Virus record (IMG/VR): IMGVR_UViG_2731957577_000001
Location: 32,001 to 96,000 of that record
DNA: 64,000 bases
Direction: 5' to 3' (one strand)
Source: a virus
Taxonomy: Duplodnaviria > Caudoviricetes
Positions 40,653-48,076 of the stretch are shown in pieces. Position numbers and translations under genes: made by a program. A model generated the notes under the pieces. That model worked only from the letters and a program-made list of their open reading frames with translations. It made no database searches and had not been told where the DNA came from. How positions within the stretch are numbered: position 1 is the first letter of the stretch; every line of letters starts with the position of its first letter.

Positions 40653-41109
40653 CCTCATTTTGGTGCGCGGCCATGGGCCAATTGAACGCATCATCGAACA
40701 CGTTACCGACAGCCCGTATTGTCATGTTGCAGGACTGGTCAAGGACAATGAACTCATTGAGGCCCAGGCTGGACACAAGATCGGATACCAAGCCCTGGAC
40801 TACTACGACGGTGTATCCGATGTCTTTACCTGCGACATGGCGACCGAGGAGCAACGGCAGCAGATCGTCGAATGGGTTGTCAACCGGCTGGGTGGTCATT
40901 ATGACTATCTGCTGATTGGTTGGGAGGCATTACACTACATTCTCCATGTCGACTTGCCTTACAACCCGGATCCGAACCGGTTTGACTGCTCCCAACTGTG
41001 GTCGGAAGCGTACCGCTCCGTCGGAATTGATTTGTGTCCAGGGATCAAGTTTCCCTCACCGGCAGACACCGCGAACTCTCCGGTACTCCGAAAGGTGGGC
41101 TCCTTTTAA
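40633..41109 (+). CDS. Permuted papain-like amidase/peptidase (YiiX/YaeF, C92 family)
   Basis: DLILVRG...SPYCHVAG...YDY...FDCSQLWSEAY...P.D (His before Cys). Confidence 0.85.
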   Translation: MDIRQADLILVRGHGPIERIIEHVTDSPYCHVAGLVKDNELIEAQAGHKIGYQALDYYDGVSDVFTCDMATEEQRQQIVEWVVNRLGGHYDYLLIGWEALHYILHVDLPYNPDPNRFDCSQLWSEAYRSVGIDLCPGIKFPSPADTANSPVLRKVGSF

Positions 41110-41144
41110 GGAGTCACCATACATAGCAGGGGGGAGGGGCTATC

Positions 41145-41591
41145 ATGGAACTGCTATCCGAGTATGTCAAACGCCAACGTAACAGACGTCGATGGGTCGT
41201 ATCCATCGATGAACTTGAACCGGACAGCTACCGCACGCCACTGACAGAACGACTGCGAGACTTTATCGGCCAGCCAATTACGCCAGATTTCCAGAATCGG
41301 TTACAGCGAACGTTCGATGAGTATTTTCAGGAGATGCAATATATCAACCCACTGTACCAACCGGAATATCTCTATGAGGATCACTTTGTGATCGTGCCGG
41401 GCGAACGCGAATTCAGGCTCTCACACATCCCTGAACCTTCATCGGTTCTCGTATGGATCAACGAGACTCTAGCCCATTTGTTTGATGACTATACCTTAGT
41501 CGGAGACACCATTGTGTTTTCCGAATCACCGAATCGGGGAGATCTGCGAGTCCAATATCTGGTTCGAGCGCGGAGGCCCGTATGGAACTGA
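41145..41591 (+). CDS. MEL-motif protein 1
   Basis: Starts MELLSEYV; C-terminal V.V.IN...DYT...I.F...P..GD..V.Y module. Confidence 0.8.
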   Translation: MELLSEYVKRQRNRRRWVVSIDELEPDSYRTPLTERLRDFIGQPITPDFQNRLQRTFDEYFQEMQYINPLYQPEYLYEDHFVIVPGEREFRLSHIPEPSSVLVWINETLAHLFDDYTLVGDTIVFSESPNRGDLRVQYLVRARRPVWN

Positions 41592-41881
41592 TTTCGGTCT
41601 ATATCGATCAACACCGGCCAACGGTTCACATTGACGATTTGGACATCGAGATTGACCTCGAAAAGTTGCAAATCACCGTGAGGTCGAGGGAATCCAGGAT
41701 GCTCTGTGTGGAGCAATTGCTCTATGAGCTTGGGATCTACAGCGCCGAGGAACTGCCGTGGATTGACATGCAACCGCCCGTCTATCTCGATGAAAAGACC
41801 ACGGTTCACATTGACGTGATGCCCAAGTACAGAAGACGTTTGTGGGAGGCCGTAAATTGGAACTCATTGCTGAATACATGA
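41582..41881 (+). CDS. MEL-motif protein 2
   Basis: GGAGG RBS; starts MELISVYI. Confidence 0.75.
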   Translation: MELISVYIDQHRPTVHIDDLDIEIDLEKLQITVRSRESRMLCVEQLLYELGIYSAEELPWIDMQPPVYLDEKTTVHIDVMPKYRRRLWEAVNWNSLLNT

Positions 41882-42075
41882 AAGCACAGGAAGAGCGAGA
41901 GGAAGCCATTCAGGAAACCATCAATCGATTCATCGAGGAAGTATGTAACCAAATGCGTCAGGCCCTTGATTTCGATTTACATTCAAACGATGAAGTTCGC
42001 AACTACTTTGGTGAAACTCCATCTCCTACGTACCAAGTGCTTCTCCACTATGGGGGTGAAGATGTATGGAACTGA
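41857..42075 (+). CDS. MEL-motif protein 3
   Basis: GGAGG RBS then TTG 41857; (M)ELIAEYM. Confidence 0.7.
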   Translation: MELIAEYMKAQEEREEAIQETINRFIEEVCNQMRQALDFDLHSNDEVRNYFGETPSPTYQVLLHYGGEDVWN

Positions 42076-42290
42076 TTTCTGCCTACCTTGAGAACCGTGA
42101 CAAGGCACGACTCGATGAGTTGACCGAAGCCTTCAACACGTTTCTAGACAGCTACAAGAAATTCATGGAGGACGCTGGAATCATTCCGTATTACGGGTTT
42201 CCCAATGACCAACCCACTTGGGTCACACCGATATGGCAAGAACCTCGAAGACCTGACTGGGAGGGCGCTGTACATTATGCAGCCTCTTGA
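42066..42290 (+). CDS. MEL-motif protein 4
   Basis: GGGGTGA RBS; starts MELISAYL. Confidence 0.75.
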   Translation: MELISAYLENRDKARLDELTEAFNTFLDSYKKFMEDAGIIPYYGFPNDQPTWVTPIWQEPRRPDWEGAVHYAAS

Positions 42291-43020
42291 GCTGACCGTA
42301 AACGATCTGTACGAATTCAAGGCTTGTCCCCTGCGGTTTAAGTTCATGCGTTTGGACAAGCAGCCCGTCAAGATGACGGAGAATGATGGCCTGCGGGAAG
42401 CCGTGAAATCCACCATTAGCTACTTCTATTTCAACTTGGCACAAGGCAAGTTGGTGGGCATGGAAGATCTGAAGCAGAAGTTTGGTTCCATCTGGTATGA
42501 GCGCAACAAGATCTACAACATCATGTATGACGACAAAGTCAAGCAGCGAAAGCGGGAGCTAGAAGCCATCTCGATGTTGGCCTCATTTCATCGCCAACAA
42601 AAGTTCCACCCCGACAAAGTGGTGGCCGTAAATCTGGACTTTCGGATCCCATTTGGAGATGACCTCTATATCTCCGGTCAAATCCCCTTGATCCGGGAAA
42701 GTCCACGGGGTCTTGAGATCGCGCACTTCAAGGTCGGCAACCACAAGCCGGATGAGTTTTGGACCAAGACCGACATGGGGCTAACCATCGAAGCCATTGC
42801 CTTTGAGTCGATCTTTAAACAGCAGGTGCCAAGCATCTGTCTACACTATCTCAAGGCCGGCACAACGGTCTATACCAAGCGGACACGAAAAGACTACCAG
42901 CGTCTCTACAAGACGATCCGCATGATCAAAAAGACGATGGAGGAAGGCTGGTATTATCCTCGAGAGTCCTATCACTGTGACAAATGTCCAGCCAAACAAC
43001 CCTGTATGGAGTGGACTTGA
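42277..43020 (+). CDS. PD-(D/E)XK (RecB/AddB-like) nuclease-fold protein, catalytic acids apparently lost
   Basis: FKACPLRFKF...CDKCPAKQPC four-Cys staple; ISGQIPLI and IAHFKVG where G.ID and IVDYKTG are expected. Confidence 0.75.
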   Translation: MQPLELTVNDLYEFKACPLRFKFMRLDKQPVKMTENDGLREAVKSTISYFYFNLAQGKLVGMEDLKQKFGSIWYERNKIYNIMYDDKVKQRKRELEAISMLASFHRQQKFHPDKVVAVNLDFRIPFGDDLYISGQIPLIRESPRGLEIAHFKVGNHKPDEFWTKTDMGLTIEAIAFESIFKQQVPSICLHYLKAGTTVYTKRTRKDYQRLYKTIRMIKKTMEEGWYYPRESYHCDKCPAKQPCMEWT

Positions 43021-43403
43021 TGGAACTCATTCAAGCCTACCTAAGCCGCTGTCCGGAGCCAAAGAGCAAGCCGATCCAACATCACGCACCCTGGGCTCGT
43101 GATGTCACATCGTTGTCTCGTCGCGCGAATGCACTCGAAGACCTCTTCCTCGAGCACGGTGTGGCACTGGCTCAATATCGGGCCCTGGAATTCGCAACCC
43201 GTATAGAACGCGAGCACCTAAATGACATCCATAATGTTGAGCGAGAATGGGAACAGGCTCTGCAGGAACTTCTTGAGGAAGAACACCGAAAACGACAAAG
43301 ACAAAAGAGACGATGGCACACAGTACCGTTGATATGGACATGTCTGTGTCTTCTGTTGATAGGACTGGACCTGATCATAGCGATCCTACACCGCACTCAT
43401 TGA
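43020..43403 (+). CDS. MEL-motif protein 5 (C-terminal TM helix)
   Basis: TGATG overlap; starts MELIQAYL; ends in a hydrophobic helix. Confidence 0.75.
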   Translation: MELIQAYLSRCPEPKSKPIQHHAPWARDVTSLSRRANALEDLFLEHGVALAQYRALEFATRIEREHLNDIHNVEREWEQALQELLEEEHRKRQRQKRRWHTVPLIWTCLCLLLIGLDLIIAILHRTH

Positions 43404-43419
43404 AAGGAGGTGAGAGGAT

Positions 43420-43614
43420 ATGAAATCCTTCAATGAACTCCAAGTCATCGTGGCCAATGAGATTAAGCAACACGGCGCCGTGACACCCCAGACTGCCGTA
43501 ACCCTCATCGGCCATATTCAAGCCTTGGAAGACAAGGTTCGCAAACTCGAACAAAAGCTCCAAGCCACCAAGCCAAGGGACGAAGGTACCAAAGAGAGCA
43601 GTGGGGAAGAATGA
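43420..43614 (+). CDS. Small coiled-coil hypothetical protein
   Basis: AAGGAGGTG RBS. Confidence 0.65.
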   Translation: MKSFNELQVIVANEIKQHGAVTPQTAVTLIGHIQALEDKVRKLEQKLQATKPRDEGTKESSGEE

Positions 43615-43656
43615 GCCAACATGGGACACAGGGGTGAAAAACCAAGGAGGATTCAT

Positions 43657-44565
43657 ATGCAAGAACGGTTTTTCACCACGGATGCACACGACTTGCAAAT
43701 GGTCAGGGCCGAACAGATCGGCGTGGACTATGTAGACTGGGGTCTACAGGTGATCATGGCACCCGAGGTCTGGAACAAAAGCATAGGCCAAGGCGTCAAA
43801 GTCGGCATCCTCGACACAGGCGTCGATTTCACGCACCCTGATCTCCGGGATAACATCGCCGCCTACATGGACTTCACGGGGTCTCCGGCCGGCCCACGAG
43901 ATGTAGAAGGACATGGCACGCATGTCGCCGGCATCATCGCCGCTGAATCGAACAATGTGGGCCTTGTCGGCGTCGCACCAGGAGCCAAGCTATATTGTGC
44001 CAAGGTCCTGGGCGATAACGGCAGTGGCGGGTTTGACGCCATCATCCGCGGCATTGATTGGTTGATTCAACAGGGCGTGGATGTCATCAATATGTCCCTG
44101 GGATGTTCCGTCGAGCCTCCGCAGGAAGTCCATCAAGCGATCCAACGCGCCGCGGCCGCCGGGATTGTCATCTGCGCAGCCTGTGGCAACGAGAATACCG
44201 ACGTCGGCTGGCCGGCCAAGTACGATGAAACGATTGCGGTATCCGCAATGGGTATGGACTACAACCGGGCGGAGTTTAGCAATCACGGCGTGAAAAACGA
44301 GATCATTGCGCCGGGTGTTGACATCCTATCTACATTCAAGGGAAGCACCTACGCACGTCTGTCCGGCACCAGTATGGCGACTCCAATTGTCACAGGTTCT
44401 GTCGCCTTGTACATCTCGATGATCAAGGCGCAGACCGGCAAACGTCCACCGGCGGAACAGATACATGCGGCGATTGACGCCTCCGCCGTTCACCTTGGCA
44501 AGGAAGGAAGAAACGAGGATTTCGGCGTAGGACTGATAAATCTCGTGAAACTCTTAGGAATTTGA
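43657..44565 (+). CDS. Subtilisin-family (S8) serine protease, intracellular type
   Basis: ILDTG, HGTHVAG, GTSMATP triad motifs; no signal peptide; AAGGAGG RBS. Confidence 0.95.
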   Translation: MQERFFTTDAHDLQMVRAEQIGVDYVDWGLQVIMAPEVWNKSIGQGVKVGILDTGVDFTHPDLRDNIAAYMDFTGSPAGPRDVEGHGTHVAGIIAAESNNVGLVGVAPGAKLYCAKVLGDNGSGGFDAIIRGIDWLIQQGVDVINMSLGCSVEPPQEVHQAIQRAAAAGIVICAACGNENTDVGWPAKYDETIAVSAMGMDYNRAEFSNHGVKNEIIAPGVDILSTFKGSTYARLSGTSMATPIVTGSVALYISMIKAQTGKRPPAEQIHAAIDASAVHLGKEGRNEDFGVGLINLVKLLGI

Positions 44566-44567
44566 AT

Positions 44568-44593
44568 AGGGGGCTATGTTCCCCCTGTTTTTT
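44568..44593 (+). terminator. Intrinsic terminator
   Basis: AGGGGG...CCCCCT then GTTTTTT. Confidence 0.6.
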
Positions 44594-44605
44594 CGCTTCA
44601 GCCTA

Positions 44606-44653
44606 TGCTATCATGTGTCTGTGCAATGCATTACACTGTTGCAACGCATTACA
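44606..44653 (+). promoter_or_regulatory. Extended -10 promoter followed by two tandem operators
   Basis: TGcTATCAT at 44606-44614; TGCAATGCATTACA 44622-44635; TGCAACGCATTACA 44640-44653. Confidence 0.7.
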
Positions 44654-44673
44654 TCAAATCGAAGGAGAGGAAA

Positions 44674-44829
44674 ATGATGGGCCACAAAGTCCAGATCATC
44701 GAAGATCTTGGCAAGGGCGTCCTCCGAGAGCAATTGGCCAAGAAGGGAGAGAAGTCGGATGCTCATCGGGAGCAAACGCAAGAAGAACTTCGTCCTGGAG
44801 AGTCAAACGCACGAGCTGAAGACGAATGA
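44674..44829 (+). CDS. Small hypothetical protein (51 aa)
   Basis: AAGGAGAGG RBS directly after the operators; overlaps next gene by 71 nt. Confidence 0.5.
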   Translation: MMGHKVQIIEDLGKGVLREQLAKKGEKSDAHREQTQEELRPGESNARAEDE

Positions 44830-45217
44830 TCAGGTGCTGATTGTCCAGCAGAAGTCCGATGGCGGAATCACCAACTATGACTTGATTCTCGAGCCGGACA
44901 AGTTTGATCAGCTTGGATCTGAGGTGCGCCTGTCTTTCGAGGAATACTGCGAAACCATCAACGATCTGGTCACGGAGGAAGAAGACGACTGGGATTCGCT
45001 CCGGATGAAAGACCAAATCAACATGACACGGGATGCGATCCTCGAGCGGACGATTCTCAAATACGCCAAGGAAAAGTACGGCCTCGATCCGGAGCAATTT
45101 AACGGACACGACATGAATTACATCAAGCGATATGGGTCGGACGGGAGTTTCCTCGGCGAAGCCGTCATCGTCACCTTGACGATGATCCCGACGATGAATG
45201 CGGCCGTGAAAGGGTGA
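44759..45217 (+). CDS. Hypothetical acidic protein
   Basis: GGGAG RBS; GTGA coupling to rusA. Confidence 0.65.
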   Translation: MLIGSKRKKNFVLESQTHELKTNDQVLIVQQKSDGGITNYDLILEPDKFDQLGSEVRLSFEEYCETINDLVTEEEDDWDSLRMKDQINMTRDAILERTILKYAKEKYGLDPEQFNGHDMNYIKRYGSDGSFLGEAVIVTLTMIPTMNAAVKG

Positions 45218-45777
45218 GACACATGTTGGTCCCCCTGGAGCTGCCGATGATGATGTATGGCAAGTACAAAACCAGCTGGTATGTCAACGACCCGTCCGGT
45301 GCCACGGATCCAAGGACCGGGAAGCCGAAGAAAGTGAAGAAGACAAAGATCGTAGAGCACTTAGAGGAACGCGGCGATCCCGGGTTTTATCCAAGTGTCA
45401 ACCACATCTATCAGAACATCCGTGGCGGCGGCAAAAAACTGACAAAAGCTGCAGAGCAACTACTAGCAAAGTGGCGCAGTCTGGCGAAAGCATGGGCGGA
45501 GGAAGTCGGTTGGGAATGCACGCACGGTGAAAAGGTCATCGTCGAAGTTACGGCCTTCTTCCCAGACAACCAAAAGAGAGACACGTCCAACGTATACAAG
45601 CTGATGATGGATGCTTTGGAGGGTGTCATCTACGATGACGACTACTACGCCCTTCCGCGAACGATGGACTTTCAAGTCTTGCCCAAGGATAGCGCAAAGC
45701 GACCGTATTTTCGGCTCCACATCTACAAGAAAACCGACGAAGATCTGCATGGGCGTCAGGTTGCAGGAGGTTTTTGA
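45214..45777 (+). CDS. rusA: RusA-family Holliday junction resolvase
   Basis: PSVNHIY; KRDTSNVYKLMMDALEGVIYDDD. Confidence 0.9.
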   Translation: MRHMLVPLELPMMMYGKYKTSWYVNDPSGATDPRTGKPKKVKKTKIVEHLEERGDPGFYPSVNHIYQNIRGGGKKLTKAAEQLLAKWRSLAKAWAEEVGWECTHGEKVIVEVTAFFPDNQKRDTSNVYKLMMDALEGVIYDDDYYALPRTMDFQVLPKDSAKRPYFRLHIYKKTDEDLHGRQVAGGF

Positions 45778-46532
45778 TGTCGGACGAGTTGGTCCTGCGC
45801 TATCAGCAAACTGGAGACTGCGCCGGCCTCATCGAGGCATACCGGCCATACATCGAGAAGTTTCAGCGCATGTTTCTCACTGGAGACATTGACTTTGGAA
45901 ACTACGACATCCGACGGTTCCTCGCCTGTTACATATCGGACAAAGAGACGGTACGAAGTCTATGCCGTGGAAAATACCACAGCAAGCAGGCCATTCAGGA
46001 AGCCTATCGGGTGCTCGAGAAAATACGCCGGGTCTTTGACGGCTATGAGTCTGACGAACTCTTTCATGAGTTGTTGATCCCGTTTCTCACATGCGCAAGG
46101 TGTTACGAGCCTTCCGGCAAGACGTTCAGTCAATATCTGTACAGCTGCTTTCGATACCGACTCAAGCGGCTCATCGATGAACGACTGTTGGATACCAATG
46201 GGGAAATGGCCTATTGGGACATGCACGAGCCCGCCAGTGAAGCCTTAGAGGACGAGTTGGACCTCGACCGCCCTGAGTACATGGATCCCAGCGAGCCCGT
46301 GGATTTGCACAGTCTACTCTGGCTCAACGGCACCCTCTGCGGAGACACGTTCCGGGATCTCACGTACACCGAGCGATACATCCTCGTCAAGGCCTATGAA
46401 GATGGTCTGGATGAACGAGCCATCGCACAACTGACAGGGTTACACCATCGCTCTGTATACCGAATCCGCAAACGATTGATTGAGCATTTCCGCAACCTGC
46501 GGGATAAAGGAGAATTGAAATGGATCAGGTAG
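45774..46532 (+). CDS. Phage sigma-70-like factor
   Basis: LVLRYQ..G, region-2-like ELLIPFLTCARCYEP..KTFSQYL, region-4 LTYTERYIL...IAQLTGLHHRSVYRIRKR. Confidence 0.7.
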   Translation: MMSDELVLRYQQTGDCAGLIEAYRPYIEKFQRMFLTGDIDFGNYDIRRFLACYISDKETVRSLCRGKYHSKQAIQEAYRVLEKIRRVFDGYESDELFHELLIPFLTCARCYEPSGKTFSQYLYSCFRYRLKRLIDERLLDTNGEMAYWDMHEPASEALEDELDLDRPEYMDPSEPVDLHSLLWLNGTLCGDTFRDLTYTERYILVKAYEDGLDERAIAQLTGLHHRSVYRIRKRLIEHFRNLRDKGELKWIR

Positions 46533-46780
46533 CCATCATCAACCCCGATGCGAAGGTCGCTGGAATGGCTTGCAAGACGAAACAAGACGAACACACGTTA
46601 ATTCCACTGGACTGCTACGGCCGTGACATCGAATTCCTCGAGGACCGAATTGTCATCAAAAATCTCATCGTCCCGCACGCATGGTTTGAAGCCGTCCAGT
46701 TTTTCGACGAGAAGCACTGGAACGATATTGTCGAAGCGATTCGTCGGAAAGAAGCCCTCGATCTCTCGTATGCTCAATAA
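46520..46780 (+). CDS. Hypothetical protein
   Basis: AAGGAG RBS. Confidence 0.65.
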   Translation: MDQVAIINPDAKVAGMACKTKQDEHTLIPLDCYGRDIEFLEDRIVIKNLIVPHAWFEAVQFFDEKHWNDIVEAIRRKEALDLSYAQ

Positions 46781-46785
46781 TTCTC

Positions 46786-46834
46786 TTGATTTCACACCTT
46801 CTTACGTTTATAATGATTGTGTAATGTATTACAC
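46786..46834 (+). promoter_or_regulatory. SigA promoter with operator at +1
   Basis: TTGATT-17-TATAAT; GTGTAATGTATTACAC at 46819-46834. Confidence 0.8.
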
Positions 46835-46849
46835 GAAGGTTGTGAAGAC

Positions 46850-47707
46850 ATGCCTGTGCTGCAACCGATGATCGATCGGTTCCTTCAACAGAAGCAACAG
46901 CAAAACGACCGCCCGATGCGGAACAAGTTGCATCCATCGACGATCGGCATGTGTCAACGCAAGATCGTCTTTGAGATGATGGTTGTGCCTCGGGCGCTGG
47001 ATCCGCCGCGATTGGCTCGGGTGTTCGACAATGGACACAAGGTTCATGAACGATATGAGCAACTGTTCATGGACATGGGCATCGGAGTGGCACGAGAAGT
47101 TAAACTGGAGAAGGGAGACATCTCAGGTCACACCGATGCCTTGATCAAGCTGTATAGCTTTGCGGCGCCACAGGGCGAATACTGGCTTGTGGAACTCAAA
47201 AGCGCCTCCTCGAAATCCTTTGAGTGGATGGTCAAGAACAACCAACCCAAGAAGGAACACAAAGCGCAACTGACGTTCTACATGCACCTAAGCGGGATCC
47301 ATAAAGGCGTCATCCTGGTGGAGAACAAAGACAACCAGGAGATCTGGGAGTACGAGATGGAGTACGATCCAGTCTTCGGCCAACAGCTTGAACAAAAGGC
47401 ACTGTGGCTGATTGATTTAGCCAAGCACCGCATCCTACCGCCGATCCCAAGGGGTTTTTCGCCGTCTCATTACAAATGCGCCTACTGTCCATTTGCGATG
47501 TATTGCCACTATGGATCCCGAACCGAAGATGGGCAAGAGCGTTACCCGATTCCGTTCATGCCGGGGACGGAAGCGTATCGGGATATACTCAAGATCATCG
47601 AAGCGATGGAGCAAGGCAAGTCGATTCCCAACGTCATTGAAGGGGATACCATCGGGGAATTGATCCAAGAAATGACAAGAAAAAGCCAGACGTATGTCGA
47701 CGCTTAA
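46850..47707 (+). CDS. Cas4-like PD-(D/E)XK exonuclease (solo, phage type)
   Basis: HPSTIGMCQRK, GHKVHE, SGHTD, VELKS, QLTFYM, CAYCPFAMYC. Confidence 0.85.
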   Translation: MPVLQPMIDRFLQQKQQQNDRPMRNKLHPSTIGMCQRKIVFEMMVVPRALDPPRLARVFDNGHKVHERYEQLFMDMGIGVAREVKLEKGDISGHTDALIKLYSFAAPQGEYWLVELKSASSKSFEWMVKNNQPKKEHKAQLTFYMHLSGIHKGVILVENKDNQEIWEYEMEYDPVFGQQLEQKALWLIDLAKHRILPPIPRGFSPSHYKCAYCPFAMYCHYGSRTEDGQERYPIPFMPGTEAYRDILKIIEAMEQGKSIPNVIEGDTIGELIQEMTRKSQTYVDA

Positions 47708-47730
47708 ATCCGATGGTAAGAGAGGTTGGG

Positions 47731-48051
47731 ATGAGCATGGTATTCGTCGATGTCGGTTTCAGCAACTTTATGGACGCGAGCAAGATCATTACGATCAGCC
47801 GGCCGGATTCGAGCCCGATCCGCCGGTTAGTCGGCCACGCCAAGGACAACAATCGGTACATCGACCTGACGCAAGGGAAGAAGACCCGTTCGATCATCGT
47901 GAGTGCCGGCGAACAAGGTCTGGTTGTCACCGCTTCTGCGGTCCAGACTTCCACGATTATCGGGCGGATTCGCAAGGCGTTCGAAGACTTGTTTGTCTCC
48001 CGCTTGGATCCCGCTGGCTTGGCGGTGATTGGAGAAGGTGGGTCCGAGTAA
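47731..48051 (+). CDS. remA: RemA (DUF370/YlzA) family matrix/biofilm regulator homolog
   Basis: VGFSNF...KIITI..PDSSPIRRL...AK.....IDLTQGKKTRSIIV...SAVQTSTI..RI. Confidence 0.85.
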   Translation: MSMVFVDVGFSNFMDASKIITISRPDSSPIRRLVGHAKDNNRYIDLTQGKKTRSIIVSAGEQGLVVTASAVQTSTIIGRIRKAFEDLFVSRLDPAGLAVIGEGGSE

Positions 48052-48076
48052 TCCCCAACAAAGGAGCGATGGACGC

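Noticed and set aside
46850-47707. Cas4-like gene as evidence of a CRISPR-Cas locus
   Set aside because: No repeat-spacer array or other cas genes seen; solo Cas4-like nucleases are common in phages
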